Origin: Girardia tigrina
Taxonomy: Eukaryota
Reading direction: 5' to 3'
DNA length: 64,000 bases
Assembly: GCA_001938485.1 (NCBI GenBank)
Contig: MQRK01244381.1
Location: 38,689 to 102,688 of the forward strand
Within the stretch, counting starts at the first letter, position 1, and each line of letters starts with the position of its first letter. Made by a program: the position numbers and the translations under genes. The notes beneath the pieces are model-generated. The model ran no database searches, had not been told where the DNA came from, and worked only from the letters and a program-made list of their open reading frames with translations. This document shows, one piece after another, positions 39,501 to 52,400 of the stretch.

Positions 39501-41155
39501 TGCAGGCTCGACTTTAAAAGATTTTTATTTAAATGCAGATAATACTAGAGGTAACGAGTGCAAAATAAGTTGATTAAAAAATCCGAATTTAATAAAATAT
39601 AGCCTCCGAAAATCTCAATTTACCACTAAAATCACAAAGATAACAAATCAATAGAATATCATTACTAGATATGACAATAATTTCAATACAAAATTTTTCA
39701 TCGTTTCTTTTTCATTTAATTTTTTTACGACTGGGATTTAGTTTGCACACTGATGTTTAAATCCTTCAGAATAAGGTAAGCTCAATATGTGCCCAGTTTG
39801 AAATAATTTTCAATCATAAAACCCTTCCAGACTTTGTCCTAAACTTTCAACCACATGGTGATTAATTGTCTCGTTAGATTGAGCAATCATGATTTGTTCT
39901 CTTTCAATTATTTTTTCTAAAGTCGCAAGAGTGAGTTTCTCTATAAAAGACTTAGAATATCCATTTTTATTCAACAATTACTCAATATTTCAATTTTTTA
40001 TTAGATTTAATAAAAATAGAAAAAGGGACCAATTACGATAAAGTAAACCTTTGGTCGTATTCTATTTATATCTAGACTTACAAAAACTGTATTATGATGT
40101 GCATAAATTTTGATTTTAACCAATAACAGCTGTGGTAAATATTTTCAAAAGATTATGTAGGTTCAAATTAGTGAAATTTTAGAATAAAAATTATTAAACT
40201 TTGATTGATGAATATTAGTGAAATCACTACTAAGGATTGTTACAAAGATGATCCAAATTGTAATTGTTATAAATATTTTAATAAATGTGTGCGTTCTCTT
40301 AACAGTTGCGTTATTTCGCTTTTTTTCTTCTCTGTGATAAAATTAATTTTTTAAAGTAACCATTGAGCAATTATTCTCATTTTATCCATCTGTTATCTTT
40401 TGTTTAAAAAAATTAACTTTGTCATACAATTGTTCCGTTTGTTATTATTTTTAATTTCTTCTAATTATATTAAAAAGAGGAATATTTGTCAGAATGAAGT
40501 ATTCGTATTTTTAATCAATTTCTTTTACCATTTACAATAATTTTAATTTTAATTTGTTTTTTTGTGCTTTTTAATTGCATAAAATTATAATTAAAAGGGA
40601 AATGGAAGAAAAACATGTAGTATACAAAATTATAGATATTTATACAAATAAATATAAATAAATAAGAATATATAAATGTAATATCATGATTTTACAATGA
40701 TCAATTAAAAATTTTCTCTTTCATTTCCACTATAATATATGTAAACTTGGTTTAATTAAAATAAAATGAAAGTCAGTTTAGTTCTTACATTAAGTTATCA
40801 ATAATAATATACAATAAAATATAACAATAAAATGATAAACCCACACTTTTACCGTACCTGACATACCTGAATCGTAAATAATAAATAACCCTTTACAATA
40901 TATAATGTCGAAACGAATTTGAATTAACAAAAAAATTTATATGGCGGAAAGCTCTTTTACTTTTAATTTTCTATTATTACTTACAATGAAAATTTGTCCA
41001 ATAAAAATTCCAAATAAATGTACTTTTCTACAGAAATAAAATACATAGATATTGTTAATTCCTACAAGAACATTAATTAACCTAAATATATTCGACCGAT
41101 TCCAACTTTTACAGCTTTAAACAATAAATATATAAAACAAAATAACATGATTTTA

Positions 41156-41193
<38 letters not shown>

Positions 41194-44100
41194 CAAAACT
41201 TATTTTGCCACGTTTGTGACATATTGAAATAGTCAGATACACATGATGTCCAAATCTTAAACATGTTTGTCTCTGCAATTTATCTTCTTTGTAATATTTT
41301 CTCATCTTGTTAATTTTTCTCTTTTATTCGATCTTTCGGACATTTTCCCCCATCGCCATCGTATTCCCTTAATCATGCTACTTGGACAATTCTATTTGTA
41401 TAACCCATTTGTCCCCTGTATTTTGTGTTCTTTTATTCTCTTCTCTTGTTTCTTCTTTTTTTCATATCTTCCCTTCCCTATAGTTCACGTTTTCTGAATC
41501 TGTTAGGATCCTCATAATATTAGATTCTCACATGTCCTTTTTTTACATTGATTGCATTTGACATTTACGCATTCATGTTTCATATGACCTTCTTCATAGA
41601 AGGCCCAACATGTAGTCGTTATAACTTTAAAATTTCTTCTCGGTTCTTCCACCTTTCTCTCTTTGTACCATGGTTTTGGTTTTATGGTTCTATATTCTAC
41701 CTTTTTCCATTCTTTATCTTTCTTTGTCTCTACGGGCCCACTCTTGTGTTCTTGTCCTTCCGCTCAAATTCGTAAATTTTCTCTTGAATAATCTTCATAT
41801 CTTCTGCTTTTGTTGCATTAAAAAAATATTTCTCTCTTTACTTCTCTATCTTCAATGGTGTTGGCGTAAGCTAGATCGAAAAGTTCTTCTTTCCCTAGTT
41901 TTTTCTCTACTAGTTTCTTTACTAGTTTCTTCAATACTCTTGAATAACTTTAAGGGAACGTTATCCATGATTCTAATCTCTGTAAGTTCTTTCATTATCG
42001 CTAAGACATTCTTTTCTTTAGATAATGCTTTTCTCATCCTCATTTTTCAGCTTTCTCCTTGTGTTTACTCATATTTGCTTATTGCCTCCGGAGTCATGAA
42101 TGCTGCCACTAATACTGATATTCCTTCTTCCTTAAATCCAATGATCTTCGTGTATCTATCGAAGTTTATTATGAATTTTTCCGATTTCGCTTTTGTCCCG
42201 TAACTAACTTAGGTCATTTGATATTTGGTGTTACGTGATCGTGTGTTGCCATTTTAAGAGCACTGACAAAATTACTATACAAACTTTTATTAATATCACA
42301 TTTAGAGTCATCACAACTCTCTGAAGTTCTTTATTATTTGTCACCATTGTTATTAGTGCCATTTCTGAATTTTTAATAATGATTATTCGAAAAAAAATCC
42401 CAATTTTTGAATAACATTTTAATTTTAAAATTTTTTATAAAATTATAAAAAATAATTAAACTAATTTTAATATTATTCAAACCTCTAAAATGTCTTTAAT
42501 TAAAACATTAAACATGATTATTTCAATTTTCGAAAGAGATTACTTACATTAGAAATTAAGTTATATCATTACTTTTTAAATTTAAATTTTATCACATTAT
42601 TAAATTTTCATTAATATTAAAAATGTCAATTAGGTTCGAATGATTAGTTATCGCCAATATAATAAACCCCCAATTTTCAAACTGGAGGGTGGAGAATCAC
42701 AATTCCAATTTCAGCTAACTTAATTAAAAACACAACATTCATACACATTGAATTTTTACACCAGGTTTATTACCTGTGCTTTATCTTTTCATAATTAGAA
42801 TAAAGGATATTAATTAGAGCCCGAAATCATTCCCATGTATCCTTCCATGAGTTCAGTGATGTCTCACAATGAAATCCAAAATTTAGCTTTTCTACTTTCA
42901 ACATTTAACAAAGGAACTTTTCATTTGATTTTTATATTCTTTATTAGAAAAATTTGTCTAAAAATTAAGACCTCAAAACAGGACAATTATTATTTTTATT
43001 ATTCAATTTAATTTTATTGATAAACATTAATTAAACCTATAGGTCAATAAACAAAAAAACAACTCTCCTCATTTAATACCCTTCGACTGGAACCGTGTCA
43101 CATTGTCCTCCATTTCCGGTGTTGATGGATCCGACTATATCAATGCATCTTTTGTCGATAGTTATTCCATGACAAAAGCCTATATTGTTTCCCAAGATCC
43201 TATAGCATCAACAGTAGAAGATTTTTGGAGATTAGTGTGGGATAAAAATTGTTCAATTATCGTTGTTTTGGGTAAAATAGAAGAATTTGTAAAGGTAAAA
43301 TTGATTTTTAATAAAAAATATGTTACTTCATAAAATACTTTTTTATCTGATATAAAAACAATAAAATACAAAAAAAATTTAATAATTTTTTTTGTTTTTA
43401 TATTTATATAAAAATGGAAATAAAACAATATTATATTAAAATTACTGTAAATAAAATTGAATTTTTTTTAAAGCTAATCTCATTAATATTTTACAATTCT
43501 GTACATTCGTCACTTGAAATTTTTAACATTTGCTGAATTTTTTTTAATAATTGAACTATGCGAGATATTTTAGAGACATTTAAATTAAATGATTTAATAA
43601 TAATTTTACGACTGGAGCTAAATTTTCATCACTCTTCATATGAAAGGCAATGGTCAAATTGAGGTCTTTAAGAAATAAAAAATTAGAAAAATATGATCTC
43701 ATATGTGAATATTATACTTCCCTATTTCATTTAATTATAAAATATATTTGTTTCTACTTACCAAATATTATTATAATATTGTTTTTTTATTGTTTACTGA
43801 AATCTAACCGACACATCTCGGTTGAAATTCTTTTTGAAACCCCATGGGTTTTATTGTTTGCTGGTATGTTTACAGTTTTGTACTTTAACTGCTACAGCCA
43901 TTGTTTACCATATATTATTTATATAAAACTAAAAAATGTTAAGTTATGACTACTAAAATCAAAAAAATATTATATTGAAATAAGACCAGACAAAATAAAT
44001 AAATAAATGGGTCTTGATTTATTGATGAAAATATATAATTTGTTATTTCTTCTCGAAGCTCAATGTATCAAATATCCCAAACAGAAATGGGCGAAATTAG

Positions 44101-47100
44101 GATCATAAAAATTAAGTACATAGAACCAATTGTTTTAATTTTTTCTAATATTTTGTTTAATCTTTGATCAGAAAAAAATTTGAAATGATTTTGAAAGTAT
44201 TTCCAAATGTTCGTTCAATCGGCAATACAAAAAAAACGTTTCTAATCATTTAATAATTGTATTAGGTCGTTAAGTATGAAATTTGTAGAACTAAAATCAA
44301 AGTTTTTTGATTATTAATAACACTAATATGATTTTCAGTACATATATAGACATCACAACTCGGATTGCCTCCAGGGTAATCCTCATAAAACCTTCGTAGT
44401 TAGACATCGTTCTTCACTGATAAATTTTAATTCTCTGTCTAAATCTCTAATTATTCGAACAAATTTAAATTACAATTTAATTTATGATTTATATTATAAA
44501 ATAATTTAAAAGTATTTTAATTTATTTTGAATATATTATTTTGATTAAAATATATTGATTTAATTTTAAAGTTTTTATTTACATTTTAAAATTGTCCGAA
44601 TAATCTGACGGTTCAAAACACTTAAAATATCAATCTTTCATCTGAGTGGGAGAAACAAAATCCTAAAACAACATATCAAATACAACATATAATAAATACC
44701 ATTGGAAAATATTCCTCACATAGATAATCTATCAATAAAAATATTTATATCATTCATCAAAGTATGTCCCCATATTATCGACACACTTTTACCATTATTG
44801 AGTCAACTTGTTGAGGCCATTTAAATATAAATTTGGAGGTCAAGAATGTATAACTCTCTGGAAGGTTATTTTTTACGACATCTTTGGAATTGAATTTTTT
44901 TCCTATCAAAGGGTTTTTCAAATTAAGGAATTAATGGTAGTCAGTTGGTACTTGATCTCGTTAGAATGAAGGATGATGCAAAAGTTCCAGCTCAAGTTCC
45001 TGTAGCTTTCTCACTGTCTTAAGTGCAATGTGTCTTTTTTACATTGTCGTGGAGCAAGATGGGAGTCGACTTGTTTAGCAAACGCGACTGTTTTCTTTGC
45101 GTTTTCGTATTATATCTTATAATATGTTGTGATAATAGACTACCCATGCGACATACAACCAAGCACTCACCATCAGATTCTTTTGATGGTTGTTTTGGTT
45201 GGAACTCAGTTTTGTGCTTCATTTGTCCATACTTTTTACCACAAGTTACAATTCGATTCAAAAAGTGAGAACATTTATAATGAGAAAGCATCATCAAGCA
45301 AATATCCAAACGCTTTTATTTCTGCTTTTAATTCAACTCATGTTGAATTGACTTATCCAACCTTTGCACTTCACCAAATTTGAGTCACATGATTCAATAT
45401 GGTTTTGTAACAACAATTGTTAGCGATAAATGATTAAGATTTTTTGAAAGATTTGTCACTACCTTTAAACTCTGACCCAATATTTAACATTTATCAGAGA
45501 GGGTGAGTAATTTTGTAGTTGACTCTAGAATATCGTGGATTTCACAGCACGTCTTCTTCTGCAACACAAATAGCTTGATAACGCTGCGATAATCGACTTC
45601 TAAAATCATCGCTTTGACAAAAATTCAAAATGTCAAAATAAAAATTTTAAAGCGTTTGATAAAATAAAACAATAACTGAAATTAAAACCAATAATTATTT
45701 ATTTTCTGAAATCATTCAATTTTCAGCAATACTGTAAAAGTACATTATCTTAGATTTATTATTATTATTATTTTTCGACACCAACAAATTGAATGGATTA
45801 CGGTAAGCAGAGGGGATAAATAACGTGATAAACAATGTTTAGAATACTTTAAAAAATGTTGGTTCGACGGAAAAAATATTTTAAGTTGCCAAAGGAAAAA
45901 AATAAGAAAATTCAATTCAAAAAATAATAAATTTTGATTGAACAATTAATATTTAAAAAATCAATAAAAGTATTGATTGACAAATTTGGATTTTAAATTA
46001 AAAGGATTAGAAGTTTTCTAGAAACCATCATCACTTCACAATTTCCTTAGCCAATTCCCTCAATTTCCATTTAGTAAAAGAAAGTTCCGAAGAACAACAA
46101 GGAGATCCGAAAGAGATAATAATTAAACAATTCCGTTTTTCCAACAAAAAAGAAAATTAAATAATAATTGTAAACTATAACTATTCCGTCTTTCCTCAAC
46201 CAATCTCTTCAATTTATAACCAGTCAAAGAAAAAAAATCAAATCTCTAATTGGAGACGATAATAATCAAGAAGATCTGAGAAAGATAATAACCTAACAAT
46301 TCAGTTCTAACTAAAAATAAAGCAAGTAACGTGTATTTTTTTAAAAAAACCAATCGACCTGTTTCTTGTTGTTGTGATCGAGAAAAATTTCTTTTTTTCT
46401 TCGATATCTTTCCGTTATAGTTATGAATTATCAATATATTTGTTAATTATTTCGTTTCGAGTTTATTTCAGTTCGTTTGATTAATAAATTAGAAAAGAAA
46501 GCACTTTTAATTATTATGAATTTTTGAGATTGCTTCCTTTGCAAATTGAAGTTTTGTTGATTTTAGGAATGTATTTTTTTAAATAGACGGGTTGAAAAGA
46601 ACAAGATCCCATTACACATCAACGAAATAAGCCTTTCTAATAATTTTGCTACGTGGTTTCATACAGCCATTTGATTTGTGATCGTATAAAACTTATTGAT
46701 CCTTATGGGTTTATAAAATAGTAAATTGATTAAATATATTTTAAAATTGTAATTCTGCTATACTAATGATAAATTTTACTTAGTTTTATTAGAATGTTTA
46801 AATTTGATATTTAAATGAAATTCAATACTGCTACAATGTCTTTGATTATCGATTATTTTAAGATTTTAAACAATTTATAAAAATATCCCTTATTCAATGG
46901 TTTAAAAGACATTTGTAAAATGTTTTTCTATCATATAAAAAATTATATTCATTATCTCATATGACTGCATATCACAGCACCAATAATTTCAGTTTTTAAT
47001 ATTTAATACAAAAAGAGTATAACGTTGTTATAGTCAAATGTATTTAATCACAATAAATACTGTAAAAGGTCAACACAACTTTGCGAATTATGTTTTTGCA

Positions 47101-47592
47101 GTTTTTAAGACTAAACCTTAATTAATTATTTTTTAGATCAATAATAATAGAAAATAAAAGAGGAAACGATTTAATCTAAAAACGCTTTTAACAAAAAATG
47201 AGGAGTTAAATAAACAAGTGGTGCGTTCAATAAGTACCCAAACAAATATAAGAATAATAATACGTTATCCTGCAAGACATTAGTATTGTTCCATATGGTC
47301 ATTAGTGGTCATGAAAAGGATTAGTTTTTTATGTTTATACATGTTTACTTTCCGAGAGCTGTTTGATATTTTTGAATTATTTAATAAATATTCATTATAA
47401 ATATTCTATATATAGTGAGGAAAATCAAAATTTAAATTTTTAAATTTATTATGGAAGATTTTTCATTATCATAACGAACAATTACAAACATTTTACCGAT
47501 TTATACAGGGTGGTCCAATGGTTAAGTATTGCTTTTTGTACAGAAATGGAATCAACTAGTTAACATGATTTTATCCATTCTTTATATTAGCT

Positions 47593-47658
<66 letters not shown>

Positions 47659-49376
47659 ATCTGTGTGTGTATCCATTTAATTTAAAAACATATTTTTGAA
47701 GGTCTTTTACTCAATTAATTTTCTCCAAACTTTGCATATTTACTCATTTTCAATGACAATAAATAATTATGTGAACATTTGACCAAAAAAACTTTTTAAG
47801 GTCTCAAAATTGAGAGAAAACAGTCCCATCAGAGTTCCTGAACAATATTAATATAAAAAAAAATCTAGTTATAAATAATAAGTAGTTTATATTACTCAAA
47901 AAAAATAAAATGAAAAATAAATAAAGTCCACTAAACCGATTTAAAGTAAATCAAAAAAATATTTTTAATATGCATGCTTTATGCGGGCAGAACTCTGTTT
48001 GAACAACATAATTTTCTAATTTTTTTTTATTTTTTTGAAAATATTTTTTAATTAAAACTTTGTTGGCAAAGTAGAGTTTTGTCTGCATGAAGAATGGATA
48101 TAAAAAATTTAATCTCTGTAAACTAACGTACCGAAATTTAGGATTACATAATTTGAAACTTCAGGCCAAAAGGAGTTAAAAAATAACGTAATATTTAGAA
48201 AAAAGATCAATATTGTTAAGACCTGAAATTATTAAATAAAGTATAATGACGATTTTTTTCTCATCCTCCCTCTGTTTGAACAAACGCTCAAATTAAGACT
48301 TTGAATGTTTCGAAAAAGAATATGACCTACCTAAATAATGTAAAATAAAAAATAAAAATTATTTATAACAAGCATAAATTTTTAGTATAATAATATATGT
48401 ATTATTATTTTTATTATTATTACCTTTATTATTTACCCTAAACGCATTTCACCTTCATTTCTTGGAGACCCATAATTAAGCGGGCGCTCCTGGACTTGTT
48501 GTATTAAGGCGTTTTGACGTCTCAATTGATTAAAAAATAGTTTATAAATAAATATATTGTTATAAACTAATTTTCTTAAAGCTTTTTATAAATCGATTAT
48601 TCGGAATATTCTTCATCATCAACAATTATATTAATGTAATAATGTTACTTTTATTTTTAAAAGGAACAAATCTTTTATTTATTTATTTAATTTCAGATTT
48701 TATTGGATAATAATGGCAAAAAAGTTTTAAAAATTTTAATTATTAATGGGTCGTAAGTTACAATGCTCACTAATCCGGATTTTGAGATGATGATTTGTTT
48801 CTCAAATGTTCGAGTTTTTACAACCGTGACGATGAATTTTTAAACCAAATTAGCTTGCAATCCACAAATCGCTTTTGATTTATTCAAGAGGAAGCTTTGA
48901 ATTTTGCATTTATTGAAACAACTTTGACACTACTTATATTCTTGCAAATACTCTTGTTAAATGCTTCTTGATAAATTCCTTCAGAGTCTGGTGTTTTGAT
49001 TATTTGCTTGTGATCTTCAATGTTTTCGTCACTTAGTCCTTTCTTAACCCGTGTTTTTGTACATAATTTGTCTAATGTAATTTTAATGCTGTGATCTATC
49101 TTTTTTTTTGTATACGTGTTATACTTCAAGCGTCTTCTAAGAATATTTAAACTATTAAGAATATTTATTTATTTATTTTGCGGTTTAAAAATTGGAAGAC
49201 AATTTAGAAAGTCTGTGAATGTAGGCCCTTTATCATGCACTCTATATATTTTTCCTCACAAAAGATCTGTAAAGATCTGTGTCTATTGTCCGTCTGCATA
49301 ATTCATTTCGAAATTTCCCATTCATCCTAGTATATACGTATTATATATAAAAGTGTTTATTAATTATTTAAATATA

Positions 49377-49419
<43 letters not shown>

Positions 49420-52400
49420 NNNNNNNNNNNNNNNNNNNNNNNNNNNNNNNNNNNNNNNNNNNNNNNNNNTATATATATATATATAAAATAAAAGAAAATT
49501 TACTTTTCCTGTTAAAAATCCAAAAAACGAAAATTGTGTTTGATCCGGGTATGGCATTATCATTTAAATAAATAAATTCCCATATAATGAAAAAATATAG
49601 AAAGGCGCAAATGCACCGTGATAAATAATAAATTGATTTATTAATATCAAAAAATTGAACAATTTATAATTAAATTTTTTTATTTTTTTAAAATAATAAA
49701 AATTAAAAATTATTTTTTTTTAAAAATAATATTAACAGTTCTGATATAAATATCCTTTTCATTTTGGTATAAAGTAAGAGAAGATTATTATAAAGAAAAA
49801 CTTGTGTTTTTTAGAACTCCTTGGTTGTAAAAATATTTTTGTAACCAAGTCGATAAAGAATTGTTTTTTGAATAAAAGTTATTGATCAAGCTTTGAATAT
49901 GTATTGTTGTTTGAACTCACTTAATTTGGTTAATATAAAATATCTCTAATAAGATAATAATTTATCTTGTGGGATAATTGAAAGAAAGCTTTTGTAAGAC
50001 ATAAATTGAAAGGGTCTCTAGTGAGATTTACTTAGCATCAAACTTCAAGAGAGGCATTGACAATTTTAATATAAAAGCTGTAAGAACTTTTTGAAGATTT
50101 TTCGTAAGAAACAAAAATATGATTTTTTAATAATATCCAACAATATTTATTGCTGAACTTGTTGACCAGCTGATTCCATTCTTGTAGAAAACATCGCATC
50201 GGGTACCCATCAGAACAAACTGAATATTACTCTAATAATTATAAAATTAATTTATGTAACAACTAATAAAACAATTTAAACAAAAGTTTTAATTGAAAGC
50301 AATAGTAAAAAAATTATTTACGCTCTGAAGTATGAGCAAAACACGTAGGATTTAGAATTAAATTTGTTTGTACAATTGTTAATTAAGATATGCAACTAGG
50401 TAAACCCGAATTATTTTTACATCAACCAAAGAAATTTTATAATAAGTACTTTTTACGAAACTAAAGATTATCTATTTAAGGATTTGAGTCTACCATATTG
50501 GCCAGTTCAAAAATCCATTCGTTATCAGTTTTTTGTTGTTGACCCTATGGTCGAGTACAACATGTCCAATTATATAATGCGGGAATTCAAAGTAACCGAT
50601 GCCAGAGATGGAGAGTATCGAACCATTCGGCAATTTCATTACTCCAAATGGCAAAATAATATATGCCCTTGTGATGCTCATTCATTTTTGGAATTCATTC
50701 ATCAGGTTCAAATAACAAAAGATAATTTTGGTCTTGGCAATCCTATACTTGTACATTGCAGGTACCATTGTTTTTGCTATTTAGTTTTGAAAAATTAAAG
50801 ATATATCGTAATATTTAGGGCACGGAATTTAATGATTATTAGTAATAATAATAATTATTAATTATAATATTAATAATAATATTAATTATTATTGTGAGGA
50901 ATATTTTAAATTTGGTATGTTGAAATTGGTTTGTTTAATTTGGTATGTTGAGTTTAGTATTTGGAAATGTGTTTCTCCCACCCAGATAGAAAATTGTTAT
51001 TTTGGATGTTCACGATAATTATTCGAGTATAATTTGTTTTTTAAAGTACAGCATAAGATATTTGAAAAACTTTAAAAATATTAAATCGTTTCAAATTTTC
51101 ATATTATAAATTTAAATAAAGTTAATAGCTTTTAATTAAGTTTTAAATTAAATAAATATTCTTTCTTTACATAAAATCATTTTTACATTCTAATTGCATT
51201 GAAAAGAAAAGTTCGAAAAGCCATGTTGGTGTTCTTAATAATTATTAATAATAGTAATAATCATCATTGATAACAGAATGGGTGGTGCAGGGGTGTGACT
51301 CCGGCGGATTGGTTACGGTGGCGACTCTATTGGCAAAGGGGAAGAACAAAATAATATCTCACCCGGAAAGAGAGGAAATAAAATTTAGAGGAAATAAAAT
51401 AAAGACATTTTTTTGATTTTTAAGGTCATTAAATTCCGTGCCCTAGTAATATTAATATTGAATTAATTGTATTTTTTCAAGAATAAAATCTGCTATCAAT
51501 TTGTTTTATGAAATTTTAATTTCTGTTTTGATGATATCCGAAATCTTTACACCCACAATTCATCCCCAGTAAAATTATTGTTATAATTAATATTCTTATT
51601 ATTGTATAAATCAAGATTTTAAAGTGAAAATTTATTGATCCAAAATTGGTTTCGGATTATGGTTTGCGAATTGCTTTTCAAAATTTAAATTATATGCAAA
51701 AAATAAATTGCAAACAACAATAGATTTATTTTGAGCTCTTTATGGATCTTCAAGACAAAGAAAATCTGCTTGATTTAACTCTCATGCGATCCTCGGGTTA
51801 AATTTCACCCAAAGATGATTTTAAAATTATATAGTTTCTACAATTTCATAACAGAATTTTTAAAAAAGCAGTATTTTTAAGCATTTTAATATGAATTCAT
51901 ATTATTTTCGAAAATAACTTATATTACACTGAGTATTTCCTGAGGACCTCAGTTGTGATGTCTATTAAATGTCGTATTAGGGTCAAAAGCTAAAATTTGA
52001 ATAATATAGGTTAAAAGACAATGTTTTATTGTAAGTTTTAATAATGATCTAACATAAAGTTTGAAATTTTATAGGATTTTTAAACTGATACTCAGAAAAA
52101 TGTAATTTGTCAACAAAATAGAAATTATTTCGTCTTTTCATAATTTGCCTATCATGACTTTATTAAGTCGAAATCGACACTATGAACATATATAAATAAC
52201 TTTTATCATAAATAAGTTTCAAGATGGCTCTAAAAATCGATATCGAAATTAAAATGTTATTATTTGAAAAGATACTTTCCTAAAATTTAATTCTAACGTA
52301 CTATAATGTAATAAAAAGGAGAGAAATTCAAAATGGGAAAATTATTTTGCCATTATCGCTTAGTATAAACATAATACATAAAACATAAATGTTGTGATTC

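Noticed and set aside
41267-42203. Hydrophobic plus-strand ORFs as membrane proteins
   Set aside because: They are the antisense of a purine-rich gag-like relic; T-rich codons mimic TM segments.
47597-47670. (TA)n/(TG)n tracts and YIYIYI ORFs here and elsewhere
   Set aside because: Ordinary microsatellites.
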